Shown here piece after piece: positions 39,636 through 52,510 of a DNA stretch of 64,000 nucleotides. Each line of letters begins with the position of its first letter. The first letter of the stretch is position 1. The translations under genes and the position numbers were made by a program. The notes beneath the pieces were generated by a model. It had not been told where the DNA came from. It ran no database searches and saw only the letters and a list, made by a program, of their open reading frames with translations. The DNA is from Octopus sinensis (Eukaryota), in NCBI RefSeq assembly GCF_006345805.1, contig NC_042999.1:1054001-1118000 (forward strand), read 5' to 3'.

Positions 39636-40365
39636 CCTCCTTCCCTTCTTTCCTGAGCGTCAATAATACTTTAATTGTTCCACGTCCTGCGTTGCTGTGT
39701 TTTTTCCCTTTTTTTCCCTCTTTTTTTCTGTGTTTTCTTGTTTGGATTAACTATATATATATATATATATATATATTTGCTTTGTACACCACCTGTCTTC
39801 GTCTTTTGTTTTTTCGTAAACTATCCCTGTATATATATATACATACATTAATACATACATACATACATGCATACATATATATGTGTGTGTGTATATACAT
39901 GTACATACACATATAGACAGACACACAGACAGGCAGGTAGATAGCCAGAAAGATTTGGGGAACAGATAATGTCCTCGTTTAATATTTGCTTTTTATTTGG
40001 ATCTAAATTTTTGTTGTCTTCTTATATGATCAACTTTTGACAATGACTCTATTATTGTCGTATTTATTATTAAATTCACACTTCCTGAGGGGGAATAATA
40101 AATGTATTCAACGCAAAATATAAGAACCGCAAACTTTACACAAGGTTATCGAAGATTGACACACCTCATATTTCAAATACAACCGCCGTTTCCCCGAAGA
40201 CATTATCTCCCAAACAGTTTTACAGCAAAAATGGATATAAATATTTTATATACAGAATTTTGAGATAATTGTTATATATTTCACAGTGATATTGTATTCT
40301 AATCTATTTTAAATAACATATTTTTTCATATTTGCGTAGATGTTATTCTCCGGAGGCTAGAAAAT

Positions 40366-40768
40366 GGATCTTTTCGGTTTGAACGGCAGTTTTTTCTAGC
40401 GGTGTCATATGAAATTGTCACCCATAATTATGACCCTAGAATCGATCTATTGCATTTCAATCTATTTTTAGGGTTAGGGGGAAGGGTATATTTTTTTCTT
40501 CACAAATGTAAATAAACCCAATCTGTTTCTTAAATGTGGGACATATTCATACGGCACAGAATGTTTTTTAACTCAATAGTGTCAGTGATTGGTTGAAATT
40601 GCTGAGATTGAAGAAAAAAACAACAAATATCTTACAAACTATAGAATTTTCTCAATAAAGTCAAGAGAAAAAGATGTTTTATAAATACATTCTACCAGTA
40701 TACGAAGTTTAAAATTTTTTAGTTACCTAGAAATTATGTTAAAAACTGCCGTTCAAACCGAAAAGATC
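40366..40768. mobile_element. Merlin-like MITE
   Basis: TIR GGATCTTTTCGGTTTGAACGGCAGTTTTT and its inverse; 8-bp TSD TAGAAAAT at 40358-40365 and 40769-40776. Confidence 0.85.
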
Positions 40769-41763
40769 CTAGAAAATATTAAAATATGGTAGACTTGCCT
40801 AAAACTACCTATTCACTGAAAATTTTAAAGATTGGAACAGACTAATGTATCTTTGTTTAATTATTTTATAAAAAAAAAAACTGAACAGTGATCTGTTTGA
40901 TAAATGTAAACATTATATTATAGCAAAGGATGAAAATAAGTAAGAGTGTTGTAACTTACTCAAAGTTGTTAGCATTGAACAAAAGAAAAACCTTATATTT
41001 AATGATATGTCGGGAATAGGTAGCGCAAGTAGGAGGAAGTCTTTTATTATGACCAAATTACTATCTCAAATTACTGATTAAGTTAGAGTGATTGCAAGAG
41101 GAAAAAGAAGGTAAAAATGAAGGCAATTTATAGAGAAGTAGAAAAAAATTATGATTACTCGGCTGTGAAATCATTATTGAATCGAAATTATGAAATTATG
41201 AATTAGGGAAAATTTTCTGCATTGTCTTGAAAGAAAATTTCCGTGACTTGAAAATTGAAATCAAAGTAGATAATGAAAGATTTTGAAATAAATAACAGCT
41301 TCATAGAAGATGAAAAATAAATTCAATTCCTATATGATTTATTTTCATAATGTAATTCTAATGAGGACACATCAAAGAAAGAAAATTGTTAACAAACAAC
41401 CAACAATATAATAAAATAATTATTTTTTCTTTTCTATCAATTTTATGCTATCCTGCAATTACGTTGTGCCTGGAGGCTATGAACTTGTCGTTACTAGTGA
41501 AATAATGTAAGTTGGTTCTATCGTTAGCGAGAAATACAACGCAAACAATAACACGAACATAACAAGATGAAGGAATTTAAGATATTTGTTCTAACAGCAG
41601 AAATAAATGAATGCTATTCTGCTTTAATCTTGAGAAAATTATGTTAATGATCGTGCGTTTAGGAAACTGCACAGTGTATCTGCGTATTCAGTTGTTTGAA
41701 CAAAATAGTTACCTGGTCCTTAATTAACATTGAAATGGCTGACTATTCCACAGACACGAGTAC

Positions 41764-41996
41764 CTATTTCTATACTACCCACAAGGGGCTAAACACAGAG
41801 AGGACAAACAAGGACAGACAAACGGATTAAGTGGATTACATCGACCCCAGTGCGTAACTGGTACTTATTTAATCGACCCCGAAAGGATGAAAGACAAAGT
41901 CGACCTCGGCGGAATTTGAACTCAGAACGTAACGGCAGACGAAATATGGCTACGCATTTCGCTCGGCGTGCTAACGTCTCTGCCAGCTCGCCGCCT
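41764..41996 (-). mobile_element. SINE family A monomer inserted in a SINE C remnant
   Basis: Full head and body; flanks read CCACAGACACGAGTACC ... GTACCTTTAACGTA. Confidence 0.88.
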
Positions 41997-42315
41997 TAAA
42001 CGTATTTTAAGTACCTTTAACGTATTTTACAGCCAGAATCAGAGTGACACAATGCATCACCTATTCGTAACTCTTGGTTTCCAGACACAATCCACAAGAT
42101 GAACATCTATGCAGTTTCCGACATTACAATTTCACTCACAGGATATGAATTGGTCCAAGGCCAAAAACAATCATATTCACCCAAAATGCAACGGAATCAG
42201 ATTTCTGGCTAATTAGGGAGTTTCTAAACTGCATATACTAGAACTTATAAAGTTATTTCAAAATATGTCAAGTGTAAAATTTTCTATTGAATTGTACACT
42301 TTATATATATATATA

Positions 42316-42369
<54 letters not shown>

Positions 42370-42371
<2 letters not shown>

Positions 42372-42530
42372 GAGAGTTCCCAAAAAAACAACAAAAGACG
42401 AAGACAGGTGGTGTACAAAACAAACAGATGTATTAGTATAACGCTCAGGAACTGAAAAAATATTTTACGTTTCGAGCCTACGCTCTTCTACACAGAGAGA
42501 GACACAGAAAAAACCAAGGAGAGAATATAA
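42370..42530 (-). mobile_element. pLTR with degenerate hammerhead (42463-42497)
   Basis: CUGUGUAGA-A-GAGC(GUAG)GCUC-GAAAC-GUA-AAA; homologous to 51300-51445. Confidence 0.55.
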
Positions 42531-42552
42531 ATGTGTGTAGTGGCTACCAATC

Positions 42553-42619
<67 letters not shown>

Positions 42620-42625
<6 letters not shown>

Positions 42626-43714
42626 TATATAGAAGGCATTATTACACATAATGCTTCGAGAGCTGCATTCGGTACGATTCGTTTATTTTTGGTAGTAATA
42701 ACTTTGAAAGTCCCTCCTAGCGTGCGGCATTTATGTGTAATAATGCCCTCTATATAATATAAATAAATATTTTCAGATTTTTTCTCTTATGCGGTTTTTC
42801 ACGCTAATTACCTGATAATTTCTTGTTAAGATTTCTTATTAAGATTTTATCCTTAATTGTTAAATTTGTTCCGAAGAAACACGTTTCCTACCGAAATGTA
42901 GTTCGAAAAAGCCCGCCATTTACATAGATATATGACGAATGAACATTTCCATATGCTACGATGGAGGCGACGGTTGTCTGTTTGGTTCCACCGGGTATGT
43001 TGGTTTTGTTTATTTTTGATATGTTTTGAATATGTTTCACTGGTGAACAAAGGACGTAGATAATACGTTAATTGCGAAATCACAGGTGATCTGGAACTAA
43101 ATTCTGTTTTTAAATGTCTTGCTTCCAGAGCTGCATTCGGTACGATTCGTTTATTTTTGGTAGTAATGACTTTGAAAGTCCCTCCTAGCGTGTGGCATTT
43201 ATGTGTGATAATGCCCTGTATATAATATAAATAAATATTTTCAAGGGAAAAAATTTTCAGATTTCTTCTCTTATGAGGTTTTTCACGCTACCTGATAATT
43301 TCTTGTTAAGATTTCCTATTAAGATTTTTATCCTTAATTGTTATATATATATAATTAAAGTAGAAATATACCCCATAACTTTCAAACAGTTCCTGAACAA
43401 ATTCCTCTAGGAAATACCGGATAAACCAGCCTACTCGTGAAATTAACGTGCAAGCGGTTGATCATTTCACAGACACGTGTACCCTTAACGTAGTTCTCGG
43501 GGAGATTCGGCGTGACACAGAGTGTGTAAAGTCTAACAAGAGAAACAGGAAGAAAGGTGTGGTGAAAACGTGCAGCAGGGTTAGCCTCCACCCCTTTGTT
43601 TTCGCTCAATAAATACTCACAACGCCCAGTCTGGGAATCGTAAGCGCGATCCTATGACTACGAGTCCACTGCCCTAACCACTGGGCCATTGCACCTTCAC
43701 GTCTATATATTTAA

Positions 43715-43747
<33 letters not shown>

Positions 43748-43829
43748 TTGTGCGTTTATATATATATATGTGTATGTGTGTGTGTATAAATATATATATA
43801 TATACATATATATATATATGTGTGTATAT

Positions 43830-43887
<58 letters not shown>

Positions 43888-44976
43888 TATATAGAAGGCA
43901 TTATTACACATAATGCTTCGAGAGCTGCATTCGGTACGATTCGTTTATTTTTGGTAGTAATAACTTTGAAAGTCCCTCCTAGCGTGTGGCATTTATGAGT
44001 AATAATGCCCTCTATATAATATAAATAAATATTTTCAGATTTTTTCTCTTATGAGGTTTTTCACGCTAATTACCTGATAATTTCTTGTTAAGATTTCTTA
44101 TTAAGATTTTATCCTTAATTGTTAAATTTGTTCCGAAGAAACACGTTTCCTACCGAAATGTAGTTCGAAAAAGCCCGCCATTTACATAGATATATGACGA
44201 ATGAACATTTCCATATGCTACGATGGAGGCGACGGTTGTCTGTTTGGTTCCGCCGGGTATGTTGGTTTTGTTTATTTTTGATATGTTTTGAATATGTTTC
44301 ACTGGTGAACAAAGGACGTAGATAATACGTTAATTGCGAAATCACAGGTGATCTGGAACTAAATTCTGTTTTTAAATGTCTTGCTTCCAGAGCTGCATTC
44401 GGTACGATTCGTTTATTTTTGGTAGTAATGACTTTGAAAGTCCCTCCTAGCGTGTGGCATTTATGTGAGATAATGCCCTGTATATAATATAAATAAATAT
44501 TTTCAAGGGAAAAAATTTTCAGATTTTTTCTCTTATGAGGTTTTTCACGCTACCTGATAATTTCTTGTTAAGATTTCCTATTAAGATTTTTATCCTTAAT
44601 TGTTATATATATATAATTAAAGTAGAAATATACCCCATAACTTTCAAACAGTTCCTGAACAAATTCCTCTAGGAAATACCGGATAAACCAGCCTACTCGT
44701 GAAATTAACGTGCAAGCGGTTGATCATTTCACAGACACGTGTACCCTTAACGTAGTTCTCGGGGAGATTCGGCGTGACACAGAGTGTGTAAAGTCTAACA
44801 AGAGAAACAGGAAGAAAGGTGTGGTGAAAACGTGCAGCAGGGTTAGCCTCCACCCCTTTGTTTTCGCTCAATAAATACTCACAACGCCCAGTCTGGGAAT
44901 CGTAAGCGCGATCCTATGACTACGAGTCCACTGCCCTAACCACTGGGCCATTGCACCTTCACGTCTATATATTTAA

Positions 44977-45009
<33 letters not shown>

Positions 45010-45102
45010 TTGTGCGTTTATATATATATATATGTGTATGTGTGTGTGTATAAATATATATATATACATATATATATATATGTGTGTATATATATATATA
45101 TA

Positions 45103-45133
<31 letters not shown>

Positions 45134-45136
45134 CAT

Positions 45137-45150
<14 letters not shown>
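42620..45150. repeat. Near-identical 1262-bp tandem duplication containing a small MITE, an internal ~210-bp duplication and SINE C
   Basis: ORF pairs 42853/44115 and 43382/44644 are offset by 1262; few substitutions seen; MITE TIR AGAAGGCATTATTACACATAA at ~42631 and ~42730. Confidence 0.92.
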
Positions 45151-45171
<21 letters not shown>

Positions 45172-46179
45172 ATATATATATATATATATAGATGCATAGC
45201 AGCTCTATAATTAATTCGTCATGTTATAAATTGGAATTGTATAAAAGACTTCAATAGATTTGCTGATGAGATATTATTACACCTGTCTGATGACGAACGT
45301 CTTTGGAATACTAAAAAAGAAATCGATCGAATCTTCTTAAAGCATAAAAATTAGGTTATAGCAGTATATGCTACGTATTTTTTTTTAAATCAGCAATTCA
45401 GAATGAAGTGTCTCTCGGAGATGTCATATGACTGCTACAATCTTCAATAATCACTCTAAGTGCGAGCCTCAGAAGGCTTGTTCTTCTACGAATAAAATCT
45501 ATGTCTCCCACCATACTTCTTTTATAATGGGAGGACAATTGAGATAATGTAGTCTTTATGTCTATATCAGTCTACGCTTACATCTGCGTCCCTGCGGTAA
45601 GGTTTCCCTTCCACACACGCCAGCTTAATTTAATTCGTCCTTAGTCGAAAGACGCCTGTTGTTAATGTCGTGTTATTTGCATTTGTATTTGTGTACCATT
45701 TCTCCATTTTACCCCCTGTTTTTTTTCGTCCTTGTTTTTGTATGCATTCGTTGCTGTCTTTCAAGGAATCTAGTGCTCTTAGCTTGGTTTTTCCAGATTG
45801 GAGCAAACTCGAGTATAACCAGCCGAAATTGCAAAGATAATCTGGAACTCGTCTGAGGAAAGAAAACTCCGAATATATATGTGTGTGTCTTTTACTTGTT
45901 TAAGTCTTTAGACTGAGGCTATGCTAGGGCACCGCCTTGAAGAATTTTTTAGTTGGAGGATTCTAACCCAATACTTAATTCCTTTTCAAGAACATGATAG
46001 TAGTGTGTTCATTCCCCGTCTGATGGGGAATGTGCATTGTCCGTTTAATTGAAAATTTCTATATGTAGCCGAAGATTGCTCGACATTTTAAAACTGATGT
46101 AATACTTACAGGGTTTGATAAAATGAAGTAGCATGAAACAATTGTACTACTCTACCTTGGATATCCTTGTTGCTTATTT

Positions 46180-46225
<46 letters not shown>

Positions 46226-46744
46226 ATGTGTGTGTATGTCTGTGTATATATGTATACATGTATGCATACATATATATGTATATATTCACAGAAATTTTAC
46301 TTAATGGAGCTACACTGTTCAACATTAGTTCATTATACGAAACGATGCAGCAACTGTCCACTCCAGCCTTTGCTGTCAGTCCTTCTCGTTTCTCCTATTC
46401 TCACAGATACCTTTCGCTACGCAGCCCACCTTCCTGCAGAAAGAATTCATAATATCTGCACAGTGGACACCAGACGTCACATATTTCTTCACTAAAACGT
46501 ATTTAATTTATTCCATCTTAGAATTCAATATTTGTGGATTACTGAGATTTGGCGGTTTAGAGTTCATAAATTTATCGCTTGGCAACTATTGTCATTATTC
46601 TCCATTATGGACAATAATTGCTAGTCCTGTGGTCCTAGTCCTCTATTTCGAAATTTAATAGCATTAGCATAAGAAATAATCTTCTCTGTTAGGCAGGATT
46701 TGATTTTGTTTCATAATTGTTGATATTTGACCTTCTAATAACAA

Positions 46745-46930
46745 TATACACACGTCTGTCCAACAGCAAGCTCTCGTTTTCTCCTTCTGGCAACTTTTGG
46801 ATTATTATGGGTGAAGGTCACAAATAACTTTGGTTTAACGAACATTCTTGCTATAATCATTACATTAAGGTCGTGTTTAGCCCTATATTTACTAGGTAAC
46901 ACACACGCCAACATCTCTAGCACAATACCT
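46745..46930 (-). pseudogene. Helitron Rep/helicase fragment
   Basis: VLPSKY...IARMFVKPKLFVTFTHNNPK...KRELAVGQT matches ILPSSF...IVR.FGKPDLFITFTCNPKW.EI...L..GQ. Confidence 0.75.
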
Positions 46931-47329
46931 CTGACCTGACGTGCCATAGTATAAATCTACTCTAAACTGACTTGATTGCTGTGAATATATTGAAGACGAC
47001 ATGTTTGTACTTCTGCAACGCGGTCTATGAAGAACTGTTGAGACAAACATTTAACCTAGATGTAACATATTAGTTGCTACAATGATTTCGCTACAGAGAA
47101 GATAACATCAATTTCTGGATCAGTTTTTATCATAGATAACGAAAATGGACTCCGTTTTTTATGAAATTACTCCAGTGTTTCGTAAAATGGGCCGTCACTA
47201 AACGGCATGTTTTTGCTAGAAAGTGGGCCGTTTTTCTGTGAAAATAGCATTTTTTTCTAGAATTAAAGCGAATTTTCTTTTGCAAAATGGACTGTTATTA
47301 ATAGTAAATAAGTTAGTTGCGTATTTTAT

Positions 47330-47650
47330 TAAAGGAAGAACATCTATCTTTTTTTGTACAATATTTATGTTTCTTTCTATGTATAGAATCAGGTCTATTT
47401 CTCTGAAGAAACCAGCGAAATTCAGCAAGCCTGGCGCGACTCCACTCCCCCTTATATCGAGTTTCCATTTGACTTATGTCTTGGTGGCATCTCTCACCAA
47501 GTCCGTCGTTGCATTCTGAGGAAATAAAGCCAGATGCCAATACAAATAGTGAACTTTTAACGACATATTACACCCTAATGATTCGTACGAATCAATCAAC
47601 TTTTCTACAAGTACTTCATAGTTAGCATCTCTGTGAATCGTTAGCATCTC
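47330..47650 (-). pseudogene. DNA transposase C-terminal fragment, probably CMC/Chapaev3-type
   Basis: NYEVLVEKLIDSYESLGCNMSLKVHYLYWHL..FP and DGLGERCHQDISQMETRYKGEW...LAEFRWFLQR; transposase origin clear, family assignment from memory. Confidence 0.65.
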
Positions 47651-47687
47651 TGTACGGCCTTGGGCTTCTAGTAGAGAGGATTGTTTA

Positions 47688-47890
47688 AGAAGCCTGATCA
47701 AAAAGTATCAGGACTGGTATTATCAAAAGAAAACTAATATGTATATCGATTCGGTACTCAATCTCTTTCGAAATAGTCCCTTTGTGAAACCACTTTATTC
47801 AGCGTCGGTTCCAGCTTCTCTTGGATTTCTTGAAGTGTTGAAATCTTTTCACTTTCAAGTGGGATTTGATTTTTCTATAACTTCTTGGCC
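47688..47890 (+). mobile_element. Mariner left-end remnant
   Basis: CTGATCAAAAAGTATCAGGACTG is the inverse of the TIR at 31315-31344. Confidence 0.65.
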
Positions 47891-47907
47891 AAAATAACTT
47901 TGAAACC

Positions 47908-48138
47908 TATTTCTTTATTACCCACAAGGGGCTGAACATAGAGGGGACAAACATGGACAGACATAGGTATTAAGTCGATTATATCGACCCCAGTGCTTAA
48001 CTGGTACTTAATTTATTGACCCCGAAAGGATGAAAGGCAAAGTCGACCTCGGCGGAATTTGAACTCACAACGTAACGGCAGACGAAATACAGCTAAGCAT
48101 TTCGCCCGACGTGCTAACGATTCTGCTAGCTCGCCGCC
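47908..48138 (-). mobile_element. SINE family A monomer
   Basis: TSD AATAACTTTGAAACC at 47893-47907 and 48153-48167, with an extra TTTGAATAAC slippage copy. Confidence 0.88.
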
Positions 48139-48326
48139 TTTGAATAACTTTGAATAACTTTGAAACCGTTTTTCTTTCCACGCGCTCGCGTACACATTTG
48201 GATCTTCTGCAGCATTGGTGAGACGTCTGGAAATTTTCAGTTTTTGTTTCTCTCTATTCACATGCATATATATGTACGTGTATTTTATATATCTAGCCCA
48301 AGCGGTTTCTCTGCATCATCATCTGT

Positions 48327-48399
<73 letters not shown>

Positions 48400-48408
<9 letters not shown>

Positions 48409-48940
48409 TCATATATATACACAGGATATGGGGCGTTTATTTTACAGGTAATGTAAACGATTGGGGATGCTAGGTAAGTGCTGTAACGGATTACTGGGGT
48501 TCCAAGTTTATAGCCGAGGCTATGAATATATATATATATATATATATAATATATATATATATATATAATATATATATATATATTCATATATATGTATATA
48601 TTCATATATATGTATATTCATATATATACACAGGATATGGGGCGTTTATTTTACAGGTAATGTAAACGATTGGGGATGCTAGGTAAGTGCTGTAACGGAT
48701 TACTGGGGTTCCAAGTTTATAGCCGAGGCTATGAATATATATATATATATATATATAATATATATATATATATATTATATATATATATATTCATATATAT
48801 GTATATATTCATATATATATGTATATTCATATATATACACAGGATATGGGGCGTTTATTTTACAGGTAATGTAAACGATTGGGGATGCTAGGTAAGTGCT
48901 GTAACGGATTACTGGGGCTCCAAGTTTATAGCCGAGGCGG
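48400..48940. repeat. Three tandem ~210-bp units (~100 bp of unique core plus TA-rich spacer)
   Basis: CACAGGATATGGGGCGTTTATTTTACAGG...TATAGCCGAGGC at ~48419, ~48628 and ~48838. Confidence 0.92.
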
Positions 48941-49319
48941 TAGTTTTGGAGCCATTGCAGATTTCCGATATAGCGGACAGGAGTAAAGAAATAAGGAGAT
49001 GAAGAACGAGAAGAGAAAAGAAGCATAAAATTTCACAGTTCAAATTTCCGATCTTGTAGAAATAAGTCCATAAGACCTCAAGGTGCAATACTGCGTATTT
49101 CCATCTAGGTTAAAGTCATGATTGTGTAAATATCCAGAAAAAGACACGAACCTATCAACATTCAATAACGGAATAGCAGCGGAGGTGGCTGCTAAGTGGT
49201 AAAAAGACAGAAAATTAAATAAATAGGGAGAAAGAAGGAGGAAGTTGTATATATATATAACTTGAAGAAATTTTGAAGTACTTTTTTAAAGATTTATAAT
49301 TATCCTATCAGTCTCTTAG

Positions 49320-49402
49320 GCCGAACCGCCAAGTTAAGGGGAAGGAAGACATCATCACTGGTTGTCTGGATGTGTTTGGCGGACAAATAGAGATACACAG
49401 GA

Positions 49403-49437
<35 letters not shown>

Positions 49438-49800
49438 GATATGTCTACATACGTAAAGCTGTCTTCTTTCAGTTTCAGTGTACGAAATCCTCTAACAATG
49501 CTTTGGTTGCTATACTAGACAACACATGCCTGTTGAGCGATGCAGTGGGACTGAACACCGAACCATGTGATTGAGAAGCAGGCGTCTCACCAAATAGCCG
49601 TTTCTGCGCACACGGCCATGCCTCGCTACACAAACATGCCTCCTTCAAGCTTAAATATATATATATATGCGTGTGTGCGTGTATGTGTGTATGTCTTTGT
49701 ATGTGTCTTTGTAGAGGATATAGTAGATGACACCTGCCAAAAGCTGCACGCAGTGGGACTGAATCCGGAATCATGTGTTTGGGAAGCAAGCGTCTAACCA
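49320..49800 (-). mobile_element. Two degenerate SINE B copies
   Basis: Reverse-strand B head and core at 49320-49620 and 49690-49800. Confidence 0.7.
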
Positions 49801-50819
49801 TATATATACTTATATCTTTATATCTATCTATCTATCCTATGAACCAGAAAAAGAAAGAAAACAAAAAGAGAGTCACTTACTGTAATATGTTTCCGTAGCA
49901 CATTATTGCTCGAGGTTACCGTGGTCATTTCTGTATGCTTTTCTTTCCACGGATATACCTAATCTGTTTTTCATTTTTGTAACATTTATAATATTTTCTG
50001 ATACACGATCCCTTCCGATCGGCACTTTTTTTTTATTTTCACGATCCCTTTTGATCGAAATTATATTTTTTCTCCTTTTTCCTCTTTCTAAAAGAAAAGC
50101 TTTACATTGTATTTTGTCCCCTCTGTCTTCAGCCCTGTGTGGCTAATACACAAACATATCTATCTGTGTGTCTGTCTATCTGTGTGTCTATCTGTCTGTA
50201 TGTATGCATGGATGTATGTATACAATGAAGCTATTGTATATTTAATGCATACTACTTTATGGAACAACTACATAAGTCTAGGATAATTCCACTGTTCACC
50301 GATGTTAAACTAAAGACAGTGACACGTTTAATCGCACAATGCTCACATCGGTCGTTGACATTTATAGAATAAAGAAAAAAAATTAACTAATCAAATCGAT
50401 ATTGTAGGAATCATATAAATCATTCTCAAATACTTAAAAAATTGCTTAAATAAATAATTTTTGTCTACTTGTATTTTTCGAATACACCTAATTAAATGCA
50501 ATTCGTGACTTATTTGTGAGCTGTGTCTATGTTGTTTTTCTCATCTTCATAATCAACTTTATTACTTCGAATATAAGGAGCAAGAGAAATCATTGTTTTC
50601 ATCAGATGAAACTCTGGTATGAATTTTAAAATTGTTTCACATCCGAAGTGAATTGAAAAATAATGAGGTTTGTAAAATCATTATGTAAATTGGGGGGCAT
50701 AAATTTTTCATTGTTAGCATAATTTCAGCCGAGGAAACAACAAATTGATTCCAAAATATACGAAATTGTGCACGTATATGCAAACATATATACATAGATA
50801 CAGATAGAGATAGATTGAT

Positions 50820-50856
<37 letters not shown>

Positions 50857-50944
50857 CAAATATATATCTATATATATATATATAAATATACATATATAGA
50901 TATATATATATATATAAATATACATATATAGATATATATATATG

Positions 50945-51040
<96 letters not shown>

Positions 51041-51392
51041 ATAATTAGAGAAGAACCACAATGTTGCAATTCAACAATGATATACTTAAATCATACCATA
51101 TAGAAAAATATTAAAGATACGATAAAACATTTACCGAGAACTAAAGTGCGAAATAATAAATAAATAGTATATAATTCTCTAAATATATATATTTACATAT
51201 ATATACATACAAACACATATATGTGTGTATATATGTGTATGTATATGAATATATATATATGTGTGTGTGTGTGTGGATGTGTGCGCACATATTTATATAT
51301 AGGGAGAATTCACAAAGAAAAACAAAAGACGAAGACAGGTGGTGTAGACAACAAACAGGTGTATTAGTTTAACGATCGGGAAGTGAAAAAGT

Positions 51393-51428
51393 CTTTAATG
51401 TTTCAAGCCTACGCTCTTCCACAGAAAG
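51393..51428 (-). ncRNA. Minimal hammerhead-like motif, A6U core variant, in a pLTR (51300-51445)
   Basis: CUUU-CUGUGGA-A-GAGC(GUAG)GCUU-GAAAC-AUU-AAAG. Confidence 0.45.
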
Positions 51429-51454
51429 GAACACAGAAAGAATACATATTCTTT

Positions 51455-51750
51455 TATTTGTTTCAGCCATTTGACTATAGCTATGCTGGAGCACAGCCTT
51501 TACTCGAACAAATCGACCCCAAGTCTTATTCTTTGTAAGCCTAGTACTTGTTCTATCGGGCTCTATTGTTGAACCGCTAGGTTACGGGAACGTAAACACG
51601 CCAGCGTCGGTTGTCAAGCGATGGTGATGGGAGAAACACAGACATATATGCATATATATATATACGAGGGGCTTCTTTCAGTTTCCGCCCAGCAAATCCA
51701 CTCGCAAGGCTTTGGTCGGCCGGAAGCTACTGTAGAAGACACTTGCCCAT
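51455..51750 (-). mobile_element. SINE family B, 5'-truncated
   Basis: Homologous to 2348-2752. Confidence 0.85.
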
Positions 51751-52059
51751 GCGGAGGAAATATCTTCATTTATATTGAAGATCAAAAATAAAATCACAGA
51801 TGGGTAAAAATGAGAAGTGAACACGCAATGCAACGAGAAAAGTATTAAAAATAACCTTTAACAAATATGGAATCATAAACGCCCTCGGGCAAGTTGTATA
51901 TCGCGAGTACACTCGCTCATACAAGCATCCGCAAAAATGTGAGCATACGCACGCGTGAGGTTTGGTGCACTCATGATCACAAAGCGAGTTAACTATCTAC
52001 TTTTGTTTGTACGAATGGGGAACTTAAATGTAAATTTAACTTAGAGGAAATTAAATGAT

Positions 52060-52510
52060 GTTAATGGTTACTCAAAATTCATTCCCACTGTGTTGTGCGA
52101 AAGTACATTTACATGCGTGTAGGCATCACGAAAGTCTTTCAGAAATTCTATTAATGATCTTGTTAGTTCTCAAAATAGACAGGGATTCCTCGGAACAGAG
52201 ACGGCATCTCCTGGAAATTACATTGTATGATTTCACCTGCCTTCTATGGACCATGTTATGCTGTACTTCATTTCATCCTCCTTCAGTCGCCATAAAAAAT
52301 CGGCCAAAGATGTTGAATGTCTCTTATTCATGGTCTTAAAGCTGGCGACATGGTTACGATAACGATTCTTAAATGAATCACCCGTCTTCCCAATGTAAAC
52401 ATACGACCCTCCCCTTGTGTGCACGGTACATTTGTATACAAGATTTGTACTCATACAGAGATTCATCAATGGACATTTTGATTTTTCTCTGGATGAGCAT
52501 TTATCATATT
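52060..52510 (-). pseudogene. Penelope-like element GIY-YIG endonuclease remnant
   Basis: CSSREKSKCPLMNLCMSTNLVYKCTV...YVYIGKTGDSFKNRYRNHVASF...STSLADFLWRLK...YSITWSI / YNVISRRCRLCSEE. Confidence 0.9.

Noticed and set aside
45255-45300. CTGATGAG and CTGATGAC hammerhead cores
   Set aside because: No stem II, GAAA or stem I partner.
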